A stretch of 64,000 nucleotides of DNA from Nitrospinales bacterium (GCA_965223795.1 CBDCXL010000002.1:1120001-1184000); one strand, 5' to 3'. Positions 1-9,731 are shown, numbered from the stretch's first letter. Notes: a model not told the origin generated them from the sequence alone. Numbers and translations: made by a program.

Positions 1-744
1 CGCTTCGGTGAATTCGGGAATGCCCTTCTCCGCGGTGCGCGTCAGACGCCAGCGGTACGCGTTTTCCAGTGTGGGGGTGCGTGGATACCAGATCACCGCC
101 TCCATCAGCGAATAAAACAGATCCGGGTCTTCCGCATGCAAGAGCAGCAGCAGATTTCTGAGGACGTCGGGTTCCTCGATCAGAAAGTAGATGTCGTACA
201 CGCCGTCGGGTGAAAAATGGACGAGCTGTTCGGTGTTCTCGTAGGAGTCGGTCAACTCGTCCCGCTTGTACACCCTGATCAGCGCCTGCAGCAGCGTCAC
301 CTTCTTGTCTGGCTCTTCGCTCTGAAACCATTTGAGCGCCTGCGGCTCGCCGCACCCTTCCAGGTGCGTGAGCCACTGCACGGCTTTTTGCGGCTGGAAT
401 TTATCGCCCTGCCACCATTCCAGATCGAGCATGTACTGCAACTGCTCCTGGGAAACCAGAGCGAGGATGGGCAGCGCGTCGGATTCGCCGATGTCCTTCA
501 CGGTCTGGTAAACCTCTTCCGCGGGCAACGCGCGCACCACTTCCACGGCGCGCGGGGACAGCTGAATGAAATCCTGTTTTTCCCTTCCATCAAGCGCCAT
601 CACGCAACGTGCCTGTTCTTCGACAGGCATGCCGGCAAGGATCTCTTCCAGCTTCCAGGGCTGGGTTTCAATCCAGTCTTTGGGAAAAGGCAGTTCTCCA
701 ATCCGGGGATTTTCAATGGAATCGTCGTTCATCGGAACCGTCAT
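1..744 (-). CDS. Conserved hypothetical protein, DUF6178-like (3' end runs off the window)
   Basis: Manual minus-strand translation from ATG 744 (GGGGAG RBS upstream) gives MTVPMNDDSIENP...VVRALPAEEVYQTVKDIGESDALPILALVSQEQLQYMLDLEWW...AYRWRLTRTAEKGIPEFTEA at the window edge. Absent from the ORF track because the stop codon lies outside the window. Confidence 0.7.
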   Translation of the reverse strand, partial: MTVPMNDDSIENPRIGELPFPKDWIETQPWKLEEILAGMPVEEQARCVMALDGREKQDFIQLSPRAVEVVRALPAEEVYQTVKDIGESDALPILALVSQEQLQYMLDLEWWQGDKFQPQKAVQWLTHLEGCGEPQALKWFQSEEPDKKVTLLQALIRVYKRDELTDSYENTEQLVHFSPDGVYDIYFLIEEPDVLRNLLLLLHAEDPDLFYSLMEAVIWYPRTPTLENAYRWRLTRTAEKGIPEFTEA

Positions 745-870
745 CGTGGACTCCCCAAAGACCGCCGCGCAGCCGCGCCCGGAGTCTGTTCGGACGTATC
801 CAGCGGCACAGGTTGTGGGGATTGAAACCCGATTATAGCCGCTTGCATTGGGTCATTCAACCAAGCGCCG

Positions 871-1653
871 TCACCGGGGCCGGAGCATGGCGAGGGTCAA
901 CAGCCGGCCCGTTTCAGCTTCTTTGCGGTAGGAAAAAAACCGTTCCGTGTCGCAGGCGGTGCAGGGTCCGAGGCGGTGGATGTTCTGCGGCTGCAACCCG
1001 GCTTCGAGGGCGTCCTGGCGGTTGGCTTCGAACAGATCGAGACGGTATTTTCCTTTTTCATCGGGATGGACGAAGCGTTCCCATTCGGCATAGCGGCTTT
1101 GAAACGGTTCGATGCAGTCGCCGCCCACTTCGTAACAGCAGCCGCCAATGCCGGGGCCCATTCCCGCTACAAGATCTTCGGGCCGCGACCCGCAATGTTT
1201 CTCAAAGGCGGCGACGGTGGCCGAGACGATGCGCGCCTCGGTTCCGCGCCGGCCCGCGTGCACGACGGCGGCGGCGTGGCGCACGGGATCGTAGATCACG
1301 ACGGGAACGCAGTCGGCGGTCATCACCGCGATGGGCCTGTCGGGCAGGCGGGTGAGCAGGGCGTCCGCGTCCACCCGGGCGGCGTCTTCGGGGACGGCGC
1401 CGGGGTCGTCCAGCAGGTGCACGCGGTTGCCGTGAACCTGGCGGGTCAGGAACAGATGCCCGGTCTCGATGTCCATCGAACGCAGAAGAATCTGCCTGTG
1501 CAGGCGCGAAGTTTCCGTCTGCCACAAGCGGGAAAACTCGAACTCGGTGCGCGCGCCGTTTGCGTCTTCAAAACTCCGCGGCGTGAAGCCGTGCACCCAT
1601 GCAGAATGCTCTGACAAACCGTCGATTGTGAACACGGAGACAACGCTTTTCAT
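871..1653 (-). CDS. pgeF: Peptidoglycan editing factor PgeF / YfiH laccase-domain protein
   Basis: Motifs QVHGNRV, ADAL, TADCVPV, HAGRRGT, GPGIGGCCYEVG, CTAC..FFSYR. Confidence 0.92.
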   Translation of the reverse strand: MKSVVSVFTIDGLSEHSAWVHGFTPRSFEDANGARTEFEFSRLWQTETSRLHRQILLRSMDIETGHLFLTRQVHGNRVHLLDDPGAVPEDAARVDADALLTRLPDRPIAVMTADCVPVVIYDPVRHAAAVVHAGRRGTEARIVSATVAAFEKHCGSRPEDLVAGMGPGIGGCCYEVGGDCIEPFQSRYAEWERFVHPDEKGKYRLDLFEANRQDALEAGLQPQNIHRLGPCTACDTERFFSYRKEAETGRLLTLAMLRPR

Positions 1654-1870
1654 AACCCGACTCGAAAAAAAATTTCACTGTGCAAAGGAATGCTGCCGAT
1701 CGTGTATGAAAGTCATTTCTGTTTCTTTTCCTTCCCGCCTCCCCGCTCAACCTGTCCCGGCAAGGCTTTCAGGCGTGCTGGTTTTTTTCAGCGAAGAAAA
1801 TAAAATTGCCGCGCGACTTCGATCTTCGATTCCCTTTTAACTCCGTAACCTCTTTTTTGTCAATATTTGC

Positions 1871-1898
1871 TTGACATTGAATGCATATCGCATAGAAT
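1871..1898 (+). promoter_or_regulatory. Sigma70-type promoter for the H1-like gene
   Basis: TTGACA (1871-1876), 16-nt spacer, TAGAAT (1893-1898). Confidence 0.65.
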
Positions 1899-1965
1899 GA
1901 ATAAACAATCATTTGGGCGCTGAAACAGACCCCGATGAGGGAGAGAGAGGTAAAAGGAGATCTTG

Positions 1966-2202
1966 ATGGCAACCAAGAGGAAGACTAAGAAGAAAGCTGC
2001 AAAGAAAAAAACCACGAAGAAAAAAGCAGCAAAGAGAAAGACCACGAAGAAAAAAGCAACAAAGAAAAAGGCAACAAAAAGAAAAGCAACTAAGAAGAAA
2101 GCAGCAAAGAGAAAAACTACAAAGAAAAAAGCAGCAAAGAAAAAAACGACAAAGAAAAAAGCCAAAAGAAAAACGAAGCGAAAGACGAAAAAATCAGCTT
2201 AA
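1966..2202 (+). CDS. Small Lys-rich histone H1-like (Hc2-like) DNA-binding protein
   Basis: AAGGAGA RBS. The protein uses only M/A/T/K/R/S and has about 11 (K/R)K(A/T)(A/T)K pentapeptides. It has its own promoter and terminator. Confidence 0.8.
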   Translation: MATKRKTKKKAAKKKTTKKKAAKRKTTKKKATKKKATKRKATKKKAAKRKTTKKKAAKKKTTKKKAKRKTKRKTKKSA

Positions 2203-2216
2203 TGGCTCCACCGCTT

Positions 2217-2248
2217 CGCCGGTCTCGACCGGCGGGTTTTTTCTTTTT
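2217..2248 (+). terminator. Intrinsic terminator after the H1-like gene
   Basis: CGCCGGT-ctcg-ACCGGCG hairpin followed by TTTTTTCTTTTT. Confidence 0.8.
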
Positions 2249-2310
2249 GTCAAGTCAAACGTTTTTACTTTTCGACCCTCTTTCTTCCCTCATCCCTTCA
2301 TCTTGTTTCA

Positions 2311-2345
2311 GCGCCCAAAAGCTTTCCTGAGTTTGGGCGTTTTTT
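2311..2345 (+). terminator. Second hairpin plus U-tract between convergent genes
   Basis: GCGCCCAAA...TTTGGGCGT followed by TTTTT. Confidence 0.5.
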
Positions 2346-2404
2346 AGTTTCCCCCTCCCCCGCCCCACCATCTCGAACCCCCAACCGCTTGATTTAAAAC
2401 ACCT

Positions 2405-3604
2405 TTAAAGAATTCGCGCGTACAATCCCTTCAAATATTCCCCCTCGGGAAACCGCACCGGATGATCCAGAGCGTGCCCGGTCCGCCGGATTTCCTCATG
2501 GCGCCGGCCCGCAGAAACGATCCCCTGGACGACGCTGTGGAAAAAATCCCCGCGGGAAACACGGGCGGAGCAGGACGCGGCGAACAGGATCCCGTCCAGC
2601 CGGGTGCAGCGGGCCCCCATCTCAGCGAGCCGGGCGTAGGCGGACAACGCTTTTTGCCGGTGCTTTTTCTTGTTGGCGAACGCCGGAGGATCGAGCACGA
2701 CGCAATCGAACAACGTGCCTTCGCGGATGAGCGCCGGCAGCACGTCGAACGCATCGCCCGCGATCTGCTTGAAGTTCACATCCTGTGAACTTGCTTCCGC
2801 GAAATTCAGGCGCAGGTTTTTCAAGGAAACGTCGAGCGCGTGCGGATTGGATTCGACTTCCGTGACCGAGCGGGCTCCGCCCGCATACGCGCTGATGGAA
2901 AAACCGCCGGTGTAGCTGAACACGTTGAGCACTGATTTTCCGTCCGCAAGCTCGCGGATGTGCGCGCGGTTGTCTCTCTGGTCGAGAAAAAAACCGGTCT
3001 TTTGCCCTTCGAGCACATCGGCTTTAAAATGCAGTCCGTTTTCCTGAAAGCGCACGGGTCCGGCCACAGGACCGCCGAACAGCACCGCCCGGTTTTTCCA
3101 CTCGCCGGTGTCCTGATCCATCACGTTGCGGCTCAATCTCAGAACGCAATGCGCAACGGGAAGCGTTTCCTTGAGCAGGGGCAGCAGCGTGTCGAGGTGG
3201 GGAAACCAGGCGGCGGTGTAGAGCTTGAGCACCGCCGTGTCGCCGTAGCGGTCGAGCACCAGTCCGGGCAGGCCGTCGTTTTCACCGTTCACGATGCGGC
3301 AGCCCGTGGTCGCTTCGGAATGCAGTGCCTCACGCAAGGCGTGCGCCACCTTGAGCCGCCGGCGGAAAAAATCCGCGTTCAATTCTTCGGGCTTGCCGGT
3401 GGAAAGGATGCGCAGGCGCAGCTCGGAGTGGGGATCGAACAGGGCGAGCGCCAGAAACCGGTTGCGCGCATCGTAGAGGACGGCGAGGTCCCCCGGTTTT
3501 CCGCCGCCGGTTTGTTTTTGGATCTGGTAGTCGAACACCCAGGGATGGCCGCCGCGAATTTTTGCCTGCAGGGTTTTGGAGACCTGAACTTTGATGAGGC
3601 TCAT
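2405..3604 (-). CDS. RlmI/RlmK-family class I SAM-dependent rRNA methyltransferase
   Basis: PUA-like GHPWVF, NGENDGLPGLVLDRY, GQKTGFFLDQRDNR, VLNVFSYTGGF, VLDPPAF. Confidence 0.9.
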   Translation of the reverse strand: MSLIKVQVSKTLQAKIRGGHPWVFDYQIQKQTGGGKPGDLAVLYDARNRFLALALFDPHSELRLRILSTGKPEELNADFFRRRLKVAHALREALHSEATTGCRIVNGENDGLPGLVLDRYGDTAVLKLYTAAWFPHLDTLLPLLKETLPVAHCVLRLSRNVMDQDTGEWKNRAVLFGGPVAGPVRFQENGLHFKADVLEGQKTGFFLDQRDNRAHIRELADGKSVLNVFSYTGGFSISAYAGGARSVTEVESNPHALDVSLKNLRLNFAEASSQDVNFKQIAGDAFDVLPALIREGTLFDCVVLDPPAFANKKKHRQKALSAYARLAEMGARCTRLDGILFAASCSARVSRGDFFHSVVQGIVSAGRRHEEIRRTGHALDHPVRFPEGEYLKGLYARIL

Positions 3605-3668
3605 GGCATCCGCGCCGCGCCGCCGCGGTGATACGCCCGGTCTTGCGGCATCGCCTCCATGCCGGTCT

Positions 3669-4394
3669 TCAGCGCAATCCCGGCAGGTGGGCGCGGGTCA
3701 TGACTTTCAGGATCCGCGCCTGGCGCCGCTCCACGTGCTTCTGCGGCCGGTGGATGGACCATTCCCTGGGGTTGGGCAGGATCGCCGCCAGCCACGCGGC
3801 TTCGACCGGAGACAACTGCGTGCAGGAGCGGTTGAAGTAATACCGCGCCGCCGCTTCGCAGCCGTAGATCCCGCGGCCCCATTCGATCACGTTCAAGTAG
3901 ACTTCGAGGATGCGTTCCTTGGCCCACAGGTTTTCGATCAGCAGGGTGAAGTAGGATTCGAGGGATTTCCGCAGCCAGTTGCGCCCCTGCCAGAGAAACA
4001 CGTTGCGCGATGTCTGCATGGATATGGTGCTGGCGCCGAGCCTGCGCTTGCCTTCCAGGTTGACGCGGATGGCGGATTCGATGGCCTGCCAGTCGAAGCC
4101 CTTGTGCACGAAAAATTTCTGATCCTCGGCGGCGATGGCGGCCTTGATCAGGTGCGGGGAAATGCGTTCGATGGGCACCCAGAATCTCAGCTTGCGCGGG
4201 TGGTTTTCGCTGCGGTCGTTCTCCATCCAGCGGATCCACATCAGCGGCGTGGTGGGCGGATCGGCGGCGCTGTAGATCAGGACGGGAACGACGGTCAGGG
4301 TGAGAAACAAAAACACGGCGTCGAACAGATAACGGCCGAGTCGAACGCGGATGGTTCTCTGCTTTTTCGGTTTTCTCCTGCCGAACCATCGCAT
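3669..4394 (-). CDS. mtgA: Monofunctional peptidoglycan transglycosylase
   Basis: GT51 motifs AAEDQKFFVHKGFD, GASTISMQ, RKSLE, KERILEVYLNVIEWG, LAAILPNP. Start placed at ATG 4394. Confidence 0.92.
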   Translation of the reverse strand: MRWFGRRKPKKQRTIRVRLGRYLFDAVFLFLTLTVVPVLIYSAADPPTTPLMWIRWMENDRSENHPRKLRFWVPIERISPHLIKAAIAAEDQKFFVHKGFDWQAIESAIRVNLEGKRRLGASTISMQTSRNVFLWQGRNWLRKSLESYFTLLIENLWAKERILEVYLNVIEWGRGIYGCEAAARYYFNRSCTQLSPVEAAWLAAILPNPREWSIHRPQKHVERRQARILKVMTRAHLPGLR

Positions 4395-4473
4395 GCAAAC
4401 GCTCCTCAATCGGACTCCACGGCCCGGCAGGCCGTCCCGTTCGATGGCAGTGTCTCCGAAGACGCGGAGGAGG

Positions 4474-5652
4474 TCAACCCTTTCTCAGCAACGATTCATA
4501 ACCCTGCACGGTGCGCTCGAAAGCGTCGCGCCGGTTCTTTGCGACTTTGCGGTAATAGGATTTGACGGGCTTGAACTCGAACGGATTGTACACGATGGAC
4601 CGGTTTTTGCGATCCTTGATTTCATAGTGCAGATGCGGCGCGAACGATCGCCCGGTGTTGCCGGACTCGCCGATCTTCTGTCCCTGTTTGACCTGGCTGC
4701 CGACGCGGACATCGACTTTGCTCAAGTGCAGATAGAGGGTTTTGACGCCCTGGCGGGGATGATCGAGTTCGACGCACAGGCCGTTCGCCTGGGTGTTCCA
4801 GTTGACGCGGTGAACGCGGCCGGCGAAGCTCGCGAACACGGGCGTGCCCACCGGCGCCTTGAAGTCGGTGCCTTCGTGTCCCACCGGGCCTTTGCGGTAA
4901 TCACCGGGCAGCGAAGTGATCTCGGTGTAAGCCGCGATCGGGGCGAAGGGTTTGGCGATCCGTTTGGCGATCTCGCGGCCCTGCCTGTCGAAAAACGCGC
5001 CGTGGCCGCCCTCGGTTTCGATGAAGTGGTTGGCGTCGAATTTTTTCTTGAGCAGGGTGCTCTGGTAGACAAACTTGTAAATTTTGAATTTCTCTTTACC
5101 GGGGCTTTTCTGGTAGATCACGCTCAGGGTGTCGCCGTTGCGCATGTTGCGGTTGACGTCGAAAAACCACACCAGCAGGCGGTTGAGGTAGGCGGCCAGG
5201 TGCTCGCAGCCTTCGGCGCGGGTCAGCACGCCGCACAGAGTGTGGGTCAACGAATTCTGTATTTTGATTTCCAGTACGGTCGGTTCCTGACGATCGGCGG
5301 GATCGGACAGGGGCTTGAGGACCGGAACGCTATTCTTTTTCCCGGCGGGTTCGACGGCGGCGGGTTTGAGATCCAGCTTCACCGGCTGCGTCTCGACCGC
5401 CCTGGGTTCAGGCGCGGCCGGCACGGCGGGCAGGCGGGTCTGCACGGCCGGTTCGGGGTTCTGAAAAAACAGAAAATACAGGTTCAGGGAAATGGAAAGC
5501 AGGAAGAGGATGTTGAATATCCTGCGCAGCGGCGGCCGTTTTTTCGCGTTCGGCTTCTGTTTTTTCAGGGTGTACGACAGTGTGCGGCGCTCGTTGCCGG
5601 TGTCCCGCAACGACGTTGCAACATACGCTGGGTTGTGTTCGATGGGCTTCAT
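4474..5652 (-). CDS. M23-family metallopeptidase, membrane anchored
   Basis: N-terminal TM segment, HEGTDF, YLHL, GNTGRSFAPHLHYE. Confidence 0.9.
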   Translation of the reverse strand: MKPIEHNPAYVATSLRDTGNERRTLSYTLKKQKPNAKKRPPLRRIFNILFLLSISLNLYFLFFQNPEPAVQTRLPAVPAAPEPRAVETQPVKLDLKPAAVEPAGKKNSVPVLKPLSDPADRQEPTVLEIKIQNSLTHTLCGVLTRAEGCEHLAAYLNRLLVWFFDVNRNMRNGDTLSVIYQKSPGKEKFKIYKFVYQSTLLKKKFDANHFIETEGGHGAFFDRQGREIAKRIAKPFAPIAAYTEITSLPGDYRKGPVGHEGTDFKAPVGTPVFASFAGRVHRVNWNTQANGLCVELDHPRQGVKTLYLHLSKVDVRVGSQVKQGQKIGESGNTGRSFAPHLHYEIKDRKNRSIVYNPFEFKPVKSYYRKVAKNRRDAFERTVQGYESLLRKG

Positions 5653-5921
5653 GGATCGAATCGTTTGTTAAGGTGGTTGGCTGGAAGCAGGGCTGTTGAA
5701 TCGGAACGGGGCATGGGATCGATGCGGCTTGTGTCGGGTGGATGGTTGTTTTCCGGAACCGGGTGGGGATAGTGGGACGCGGTTTCAGATGGGTTTTAAG
5801 ATCGAAGGCTTCAGGAAGGCGCCTCCTTGGTTCCATTCCGATTTTGTATTACAATTTCCAGACACATTATGGCAAAACGCGCCCGATTTAACAACCCGTT
5901 GATTTTCAATTTTCTACGCCC

Positions 5922-7013
5922 ATGACCCGCGCACCCGAACGCATATTTATCGAGCCTGGAGCCGAGGACAGCCCGCTTGCAAAAGAGGTCCTCAATCGCT
6001 TTAAAGACGTTCCGGTGGAGCGCGTCGATGAAACCGGACCGGTGGTCGATCGCATCCGCCGCACGCAGGAGGACGCCTTCGGCGCGGCCAAGCGGCAGCT
6101 GGTGCTGTCGCGCTTCAAAGGCTCGTTCCTGCGCAAATGTCCCGGCATCAGTCCGGGCATGGTGTGCTGCAATTATTATGTGGTCAATCTGCTCAAAAAC
6201 TGCGTCTACGATTGCTCTTACTGCTTTTTGCAGGACTTTCTCGACAACAACCCGCTGCTGGTCGCCTTCGTCAATGTGGAGGACCTGCTCGCGGAGCTGG
6301 GCGAAGTGCTCACCGCGCACCCGGACCGCACGTTCCGCGTGGGCACCGGCGAGTTGACGGACAGCCTGGCGCTGGAACACTGGCTGCCGTATGCGGACAC
6401 GCTGGTGCCGTTTTTCAACAAGCAGAACAACGCGGTGCTGGAGCTGAAAACCAAATCGGACCGGGTGGAAACGCTGCTCGCCCAGAACGACACGAAAAAC
6501 ATCATCGTCTCCTGGTCGATCAACCCGCCCGAGATCGTGGATCGGGAGGAAAAGGGAACTCCGAACCTCGACGCGCGCCTTGAAGCGGCGCGGCGCTGCC
6601 AGGAAAAGGGTTACCGCATCGGGTTCCATTTCGATCCGATCGTGCTGTTCGACGGCTGGGAGCGGGCCTACGCCGCTCTTGTCGATCAACTGTTCGCGAC
6701 GGTCGAGCCTCAAGGCATTGAGTGGATCAGCCTGGGCAGTTTCCGTTACCGCGCACCGCTCAAGCGCATCATCAAGGAGCGGCACCGGGACACGCGCCTG
6801 TTCACCGGGGAGCATGTGGCGAGCAAGGATGGAAAATTCCGCTACCTGCGGCCGCTGAGAAACCGGGCGTACACGACGGTGCGCGACCTGATCCAGCGGC
6901 GCTCGCAAATTCAGAACGTCTACCTGTGCATGGAGACGAAGGAGCTGTGGGAAGGGGTGACGGGGAACACGCCGCGCAGCGACAAGGCGCTGGATAAATT
7001 TTTCGATCTTTAG
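5922..7013 (+). CDS. Spore photoproduct lyase-like radical SAM protein
   Basis: CVYDCSYC radical-SAM motif, ELKTKS, SWSINP, GFHFDPI, GKFRY, YLCME, all typical of SplB-like proteins. Confidence 0.85.
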   Translation: MTRAPERIFIEPGAEDSPLAKEVLNRFKDVPVERVDETGPVVDRIRRTQEDAFGAAKRQLVLSRFKGSFLRKCPGISPGMVCCNYYVVNLLKNCVYDCSYCFLQDFLDNNPLLVAFVNVEDLLAELGEVLTAHPDRTFRVGTGELTDSLALEHWLPYADTLVPFFNKQNNAVLELKTKSDRVETLLAQNDTKNIIVSWSINPPEIVDREEKGTPNLDARLEAARRCQEKGYRIGFHFDPIVLFDGWERAYAALVDQLFATVEPQGIEWISLGSFRYRAPLKRIIKERHRDTRLFTGEHVASKDGKFRYLRPLRNRAYTTVRDLIQRRSQIQNVYLCMETKELWEGVTGNTPRSDKALDKFFDL

Positions 7014-7038
7014 AAAAACCGGCCGCGATGGTCCCTTG

Positions 7039-7098
7039 CTTCGGCAGGCCCGTCCTGAGCGTGCCGAAGGACTCATGCTTCGACAGGCTCAGCATGAC
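7039..7098. repeat. REP-like palindromic intergenic element (copy 1)
   Basis: Nested inverted repeats CTTCGGCA/TGCCGAAG, CTGAGC/GCTCAG and TCATGC/GCATGA. Shares the CTTCGACARGCTCAG core with the element at 16183-16232. Confidence 0.65.
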
Positions 7099-7106
7099 AG
7101 GGAAGT

Positions 7107-8216
7107 TTACAGGCGCATGGGCATGACGATGCTCATGTAGTCCTTGTCGTTCTCGACGGTGATCAGGCAGGAGTGGTTCTGGTCTTTGAGGTTGAGGACG
7201 ATCTGCTCGTCCTCGATGACGTTGAGCACATCGAGCACGTACTTTGCGTTCAGGCCTACGGACACGTCCTCGCCCTCGTACTGGACGGCCAGCTCCTCGC
7301 GGGCGGCGCCCAGATCGGAATTGTCCGAAACCAGGGTGAGGTTGCCTTTGTGGATGTCGAACCGCACCATCTTGGATTTTTCATCGGCGAGCAGGGCGAC
7401 CCGCTTCAGCGCGTGCACCAGATCGTCGCGTTTGATGACGACCTTGAGGTTGTTGTCCGAGGGCAGGACCTGGCGGTAGTTGGGAAATTTTCCGTCGATC
7501 TTGCGGGAAACGATGACCTGCTTTCCCTGGATGAAGGCCAGATGGTTGTTCTTCACGGAGAAGGCGAAAGTGGCGTCTTCATCCTCCATGAGTTTCAAAA
7601 GCTCGGACAGGGCCTTTTTGGGGAGCAGGTAGCTCAGGCTCTCGCTCTCGGGCACGGTGGATTTGAGCAGCGGCCGCTGGATGAAGCACAGCCGGTGCCC
7701 GTCGGTGCCCACAAGGTTGGCGTGGCCGTTTTCTTTTTCCAGCAGCAGGCCGTTGAGCGCCTGGCGGGTCTCATCCGGTGAGACGGCGAAGAAGGTCTTG
7801 CGGATCATCTCTTTCAGCAGCAGGGAGCTGAACTCCATCAGCGTTTCTTCGCTGTATTCCGGCAGCGCCGGAAAATCCGCAGCGGGCAGACCCGGCAGGC
7901 GGAACTTGGAGTTGCCGCATTTTAAGGTCACCCATTCGTTGTCTTCCTTGATGAGATGGATTTCCAGGTCGGGAAGCTCGCGGATGATGTCGTAAATCTT
8001 GCGCGCGTTGAGGGTGGTGGAGCCCTCGGCGATCACATTGGCGGGGTAGAACGCTTTGGTTCCGATTTCAAGGTCGGTGGCCTCGACGAGGATGCCTTCC
8101 TTCTCGGTCTTGATGAGAACGTGCGACAGGATCGGCATGGCGCCTTTTGTTTCAACGATGCCCTGGACCCTTTGAACCGCGCTCAAGAAATTATCCCGGG
8201 TGATTCGGACTTCCAT
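7107..8216 (-). CDS. dnaN: DNA polymerase III beta sliding clamp
   Basis: ATDLEIG, GTDGHRL, GKFPNYRQV, GLNAKY, C-terminal IVMPMRL. Confidence 0.97.
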   Translation of the reverse strand: MEVRITRDNFLSAVQRVQGIVETKGAMPILSHVLIKTEKEGILVEATDLEIGTKAFYPANVIAEGSTTLNARKIYDIIRELPDLEIHLIKEDNEWVTLKCGNSKFRLPGLPAADFPALPEYSEETLMEFSSLLLKEMIRKTFFAVSPDETRQALNGLLLEKENGHANLVGTDGHRLCFIQRPLLKSTVPESESLSYLLPKKALSELLKLMEDEDATFAFSVKNNHLAFIQGKQVIVSRKIDGKFPNYRQVLPSDNNLKVVIKRDDLVHALKRVALLADEKSKMVRFDIHKGNLTLVSDNSDLGAAREELAVQYEGEDVSVGLNAKYVLDVLNVIEDEQIVLNLKDQNHSCLITVENDKDYMSIVMPMRL

Positions 8217-8482
8217 GCTTTCTTCCCCCTGAATTAGACGCTTTTTTGGCTGTCATCGCGAAAATATTCAAATAGCATGAAACCCCATACCTGTCAAAAG
8301 TAAATATCCGAACCGGGAACACGTTGCCGGCAGTCCGGCCGGCAGTCCCGGCGCGGCACGCCGGGACCGGACCGGCGACGCGGCGCGTCTGCAGGCAAGA
8401 TGCGGATTCTGCTTTGCTTCGGGATCCCGGCAACGGCTCGATACGGGGAGCCCAAGCATTTCATCGGGATGGCGTCCGCCGA

Positions 8483-8511
8483 TTGACTGGCGTGCGGGGC
8501 TGTGATAAATT
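8483..8511 (+). promoter_or_regulatory. Sigma70-type promoter for aroF
   Basis: TTGACT, 17-nt spacer, TAAATT preceded by TG. Confidence 0.5.
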
Positions 8512-8543
8512 CCAGAATTTCCAGACATTAGGGGACGTTTTTT

Positions 8544-9563
8544 ATGATCATCGTCATGAAGCCGGATGCCACTCCGGAACAGATCGAAGAGGTGGAAGCT
8601 CAGATCGAAGAGCTGGGATACAAGCCGCACGAAATCGTCGGTGTCGAACGCAAGGTCATCGGCGCGGTGGGAGACGAACGCGGCAAGGACCGGCTGCAGA
8701 TGATCGAGTCCATGCCGGGAGTGGAATCGGTGTTCCCGATCCTCAAGCCCTACAAACTGGCCAGCCGGGAAGTGCAGGCCCAGGATACGGTGGTTCAGGT
8801 GGACGGGGTGTCCATCGGCGCCCGGGAAATCGCCATCATGGCCGGTCCCTGCTCGGTGGAGAGTCAGGATCAGATCGTGGGAACGGCGCGCGAAGTCAAG
8901 CAGGCGGGCGCCAATATCATGCGCGGCGGGGCGTTCAAACCCCGGACCTCGCCCTACAGTTTTCAGGGACTGGAAGAGGAAGGGCTGAAACTGCTCAAGG
9001 CGGCCAAGGACGAAACCGGGCTGCCCATCGTGACCGAAGTGATGAACCCGCGCGAGGTGGACCTGGTCGCGCGCTATGCGGACATCATGCAGGTCGGGGC
9101 GCGCAACGTGCAGAATTTTTCTCTGCTCAAGGAGCTGGGGCACCTGCGCAAGCCCATCTTGCTCAAACGCGGGATGATGACGACGATCAAGGAATTTTTG
9201 ATGTCCGCCGAATACATGCTGGCGGAAGGCAACCGCGAGATCATCCTGTGCGAACGCGGCATCCGCACGTTCGAGACGGCCACCCGCAACACGCTGGATT
9301 TGAGCGCGATCCCCGTTCTGAAAAAAGAAACGCACCTGCCGATCATCATCGATCCGAGCCACGGCACCGGCCACTGGGATCTGGTGGGTTCGATGGCGAA
9401 GGCGGCCATCGCCGCCGGCGCGGACGGGCTGATGATCGAAGTGCACCCGGACCCGATCCACGCCTATTCGGACGGTCCCCAGTCCCTCAAACCGAAAAAA
9501 TTCGCCAAACTGGTCGAGGAACTGCGGCCGCTGATTCAGTTGATGGGCCGCAATCTCGCCTGA
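8544..9563 (+). CDS. aroF: DAHP synthase, type I-beta with N-terminal ferredoxin-like regulatory domain
   Basis: MIIVMK start, AGPCSVES, RGGAFKPRTSPYSFQG, QVGARN, CERGIRTFE, DPSHGTG. Confidence 0.95.
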   Translation: MIIVMKPDATPEQIEEVEAQIEELGYKPHEIVGVERKVIGAVGDERGKDRLQMIESMPGVESVFPILKPYKLASREVQAQDTVVQVDGVSIGAREIAIMAGPCSVESQDQIVGTAREVKQAGANIMRGGAFKPRTSPYSFQGLEEEGLKLLKAAKDETGLPIVTEVMNPREVDLVARYADIMQVGARNVQNFSLLKELGHLRKPILLKRGMMTTIKEFLMSAEYMLAEGNREIILCERGIRTFETATRNTLDLSAIPVLKKETHLPIIIDPSHGTGHWDLVGSMAKAAIAAGADGLMIEVHPDPIHAYSDGPQSLKPKKFAKLVEELRPLIQLMGRNLA

Positions 9564-9731
9564 GCCGTCCTTCCGGGCAGCGGAAATCCGGCCGGAAACG
9601 ACGCCGGTTCATCGTCCATCCCCCCCCTCTTTTCTTGAATCTGTGGAAAAATGCGTTTATCCTTAAAATTACAGATATTTTTCGCATAATTTGGGGGATT
9701 CCCGCAGCCATCCCGACGCAGGCGGCTCTTG

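Noticed and set aside
217..825. Plus-strand 202-aa ORF
   Set aside because: Shadow of the minus-strand DUF6178-like gene, which has an RBS and conserved-looking motifs.
1860..2165. Phe-rich minus-strand ORF that looks like a membrane protein
   Set aside because: It is the antisense reading of the Lys codons of the H1-like gene; the expression signals are on the plus strand.
2382..5904. IHF-consensus matches (CAAnnnnTTGATT) at 2382-2394 and 5892-5904
   Set aside because: A short degenerate motif that could occur by chance in AT-rich spacers; no independent support.
8217..8543. oriC next to dnaN
   Set aside because: No DnaA boxes or AT-rich unwinding repeats seen, and no dnaA.
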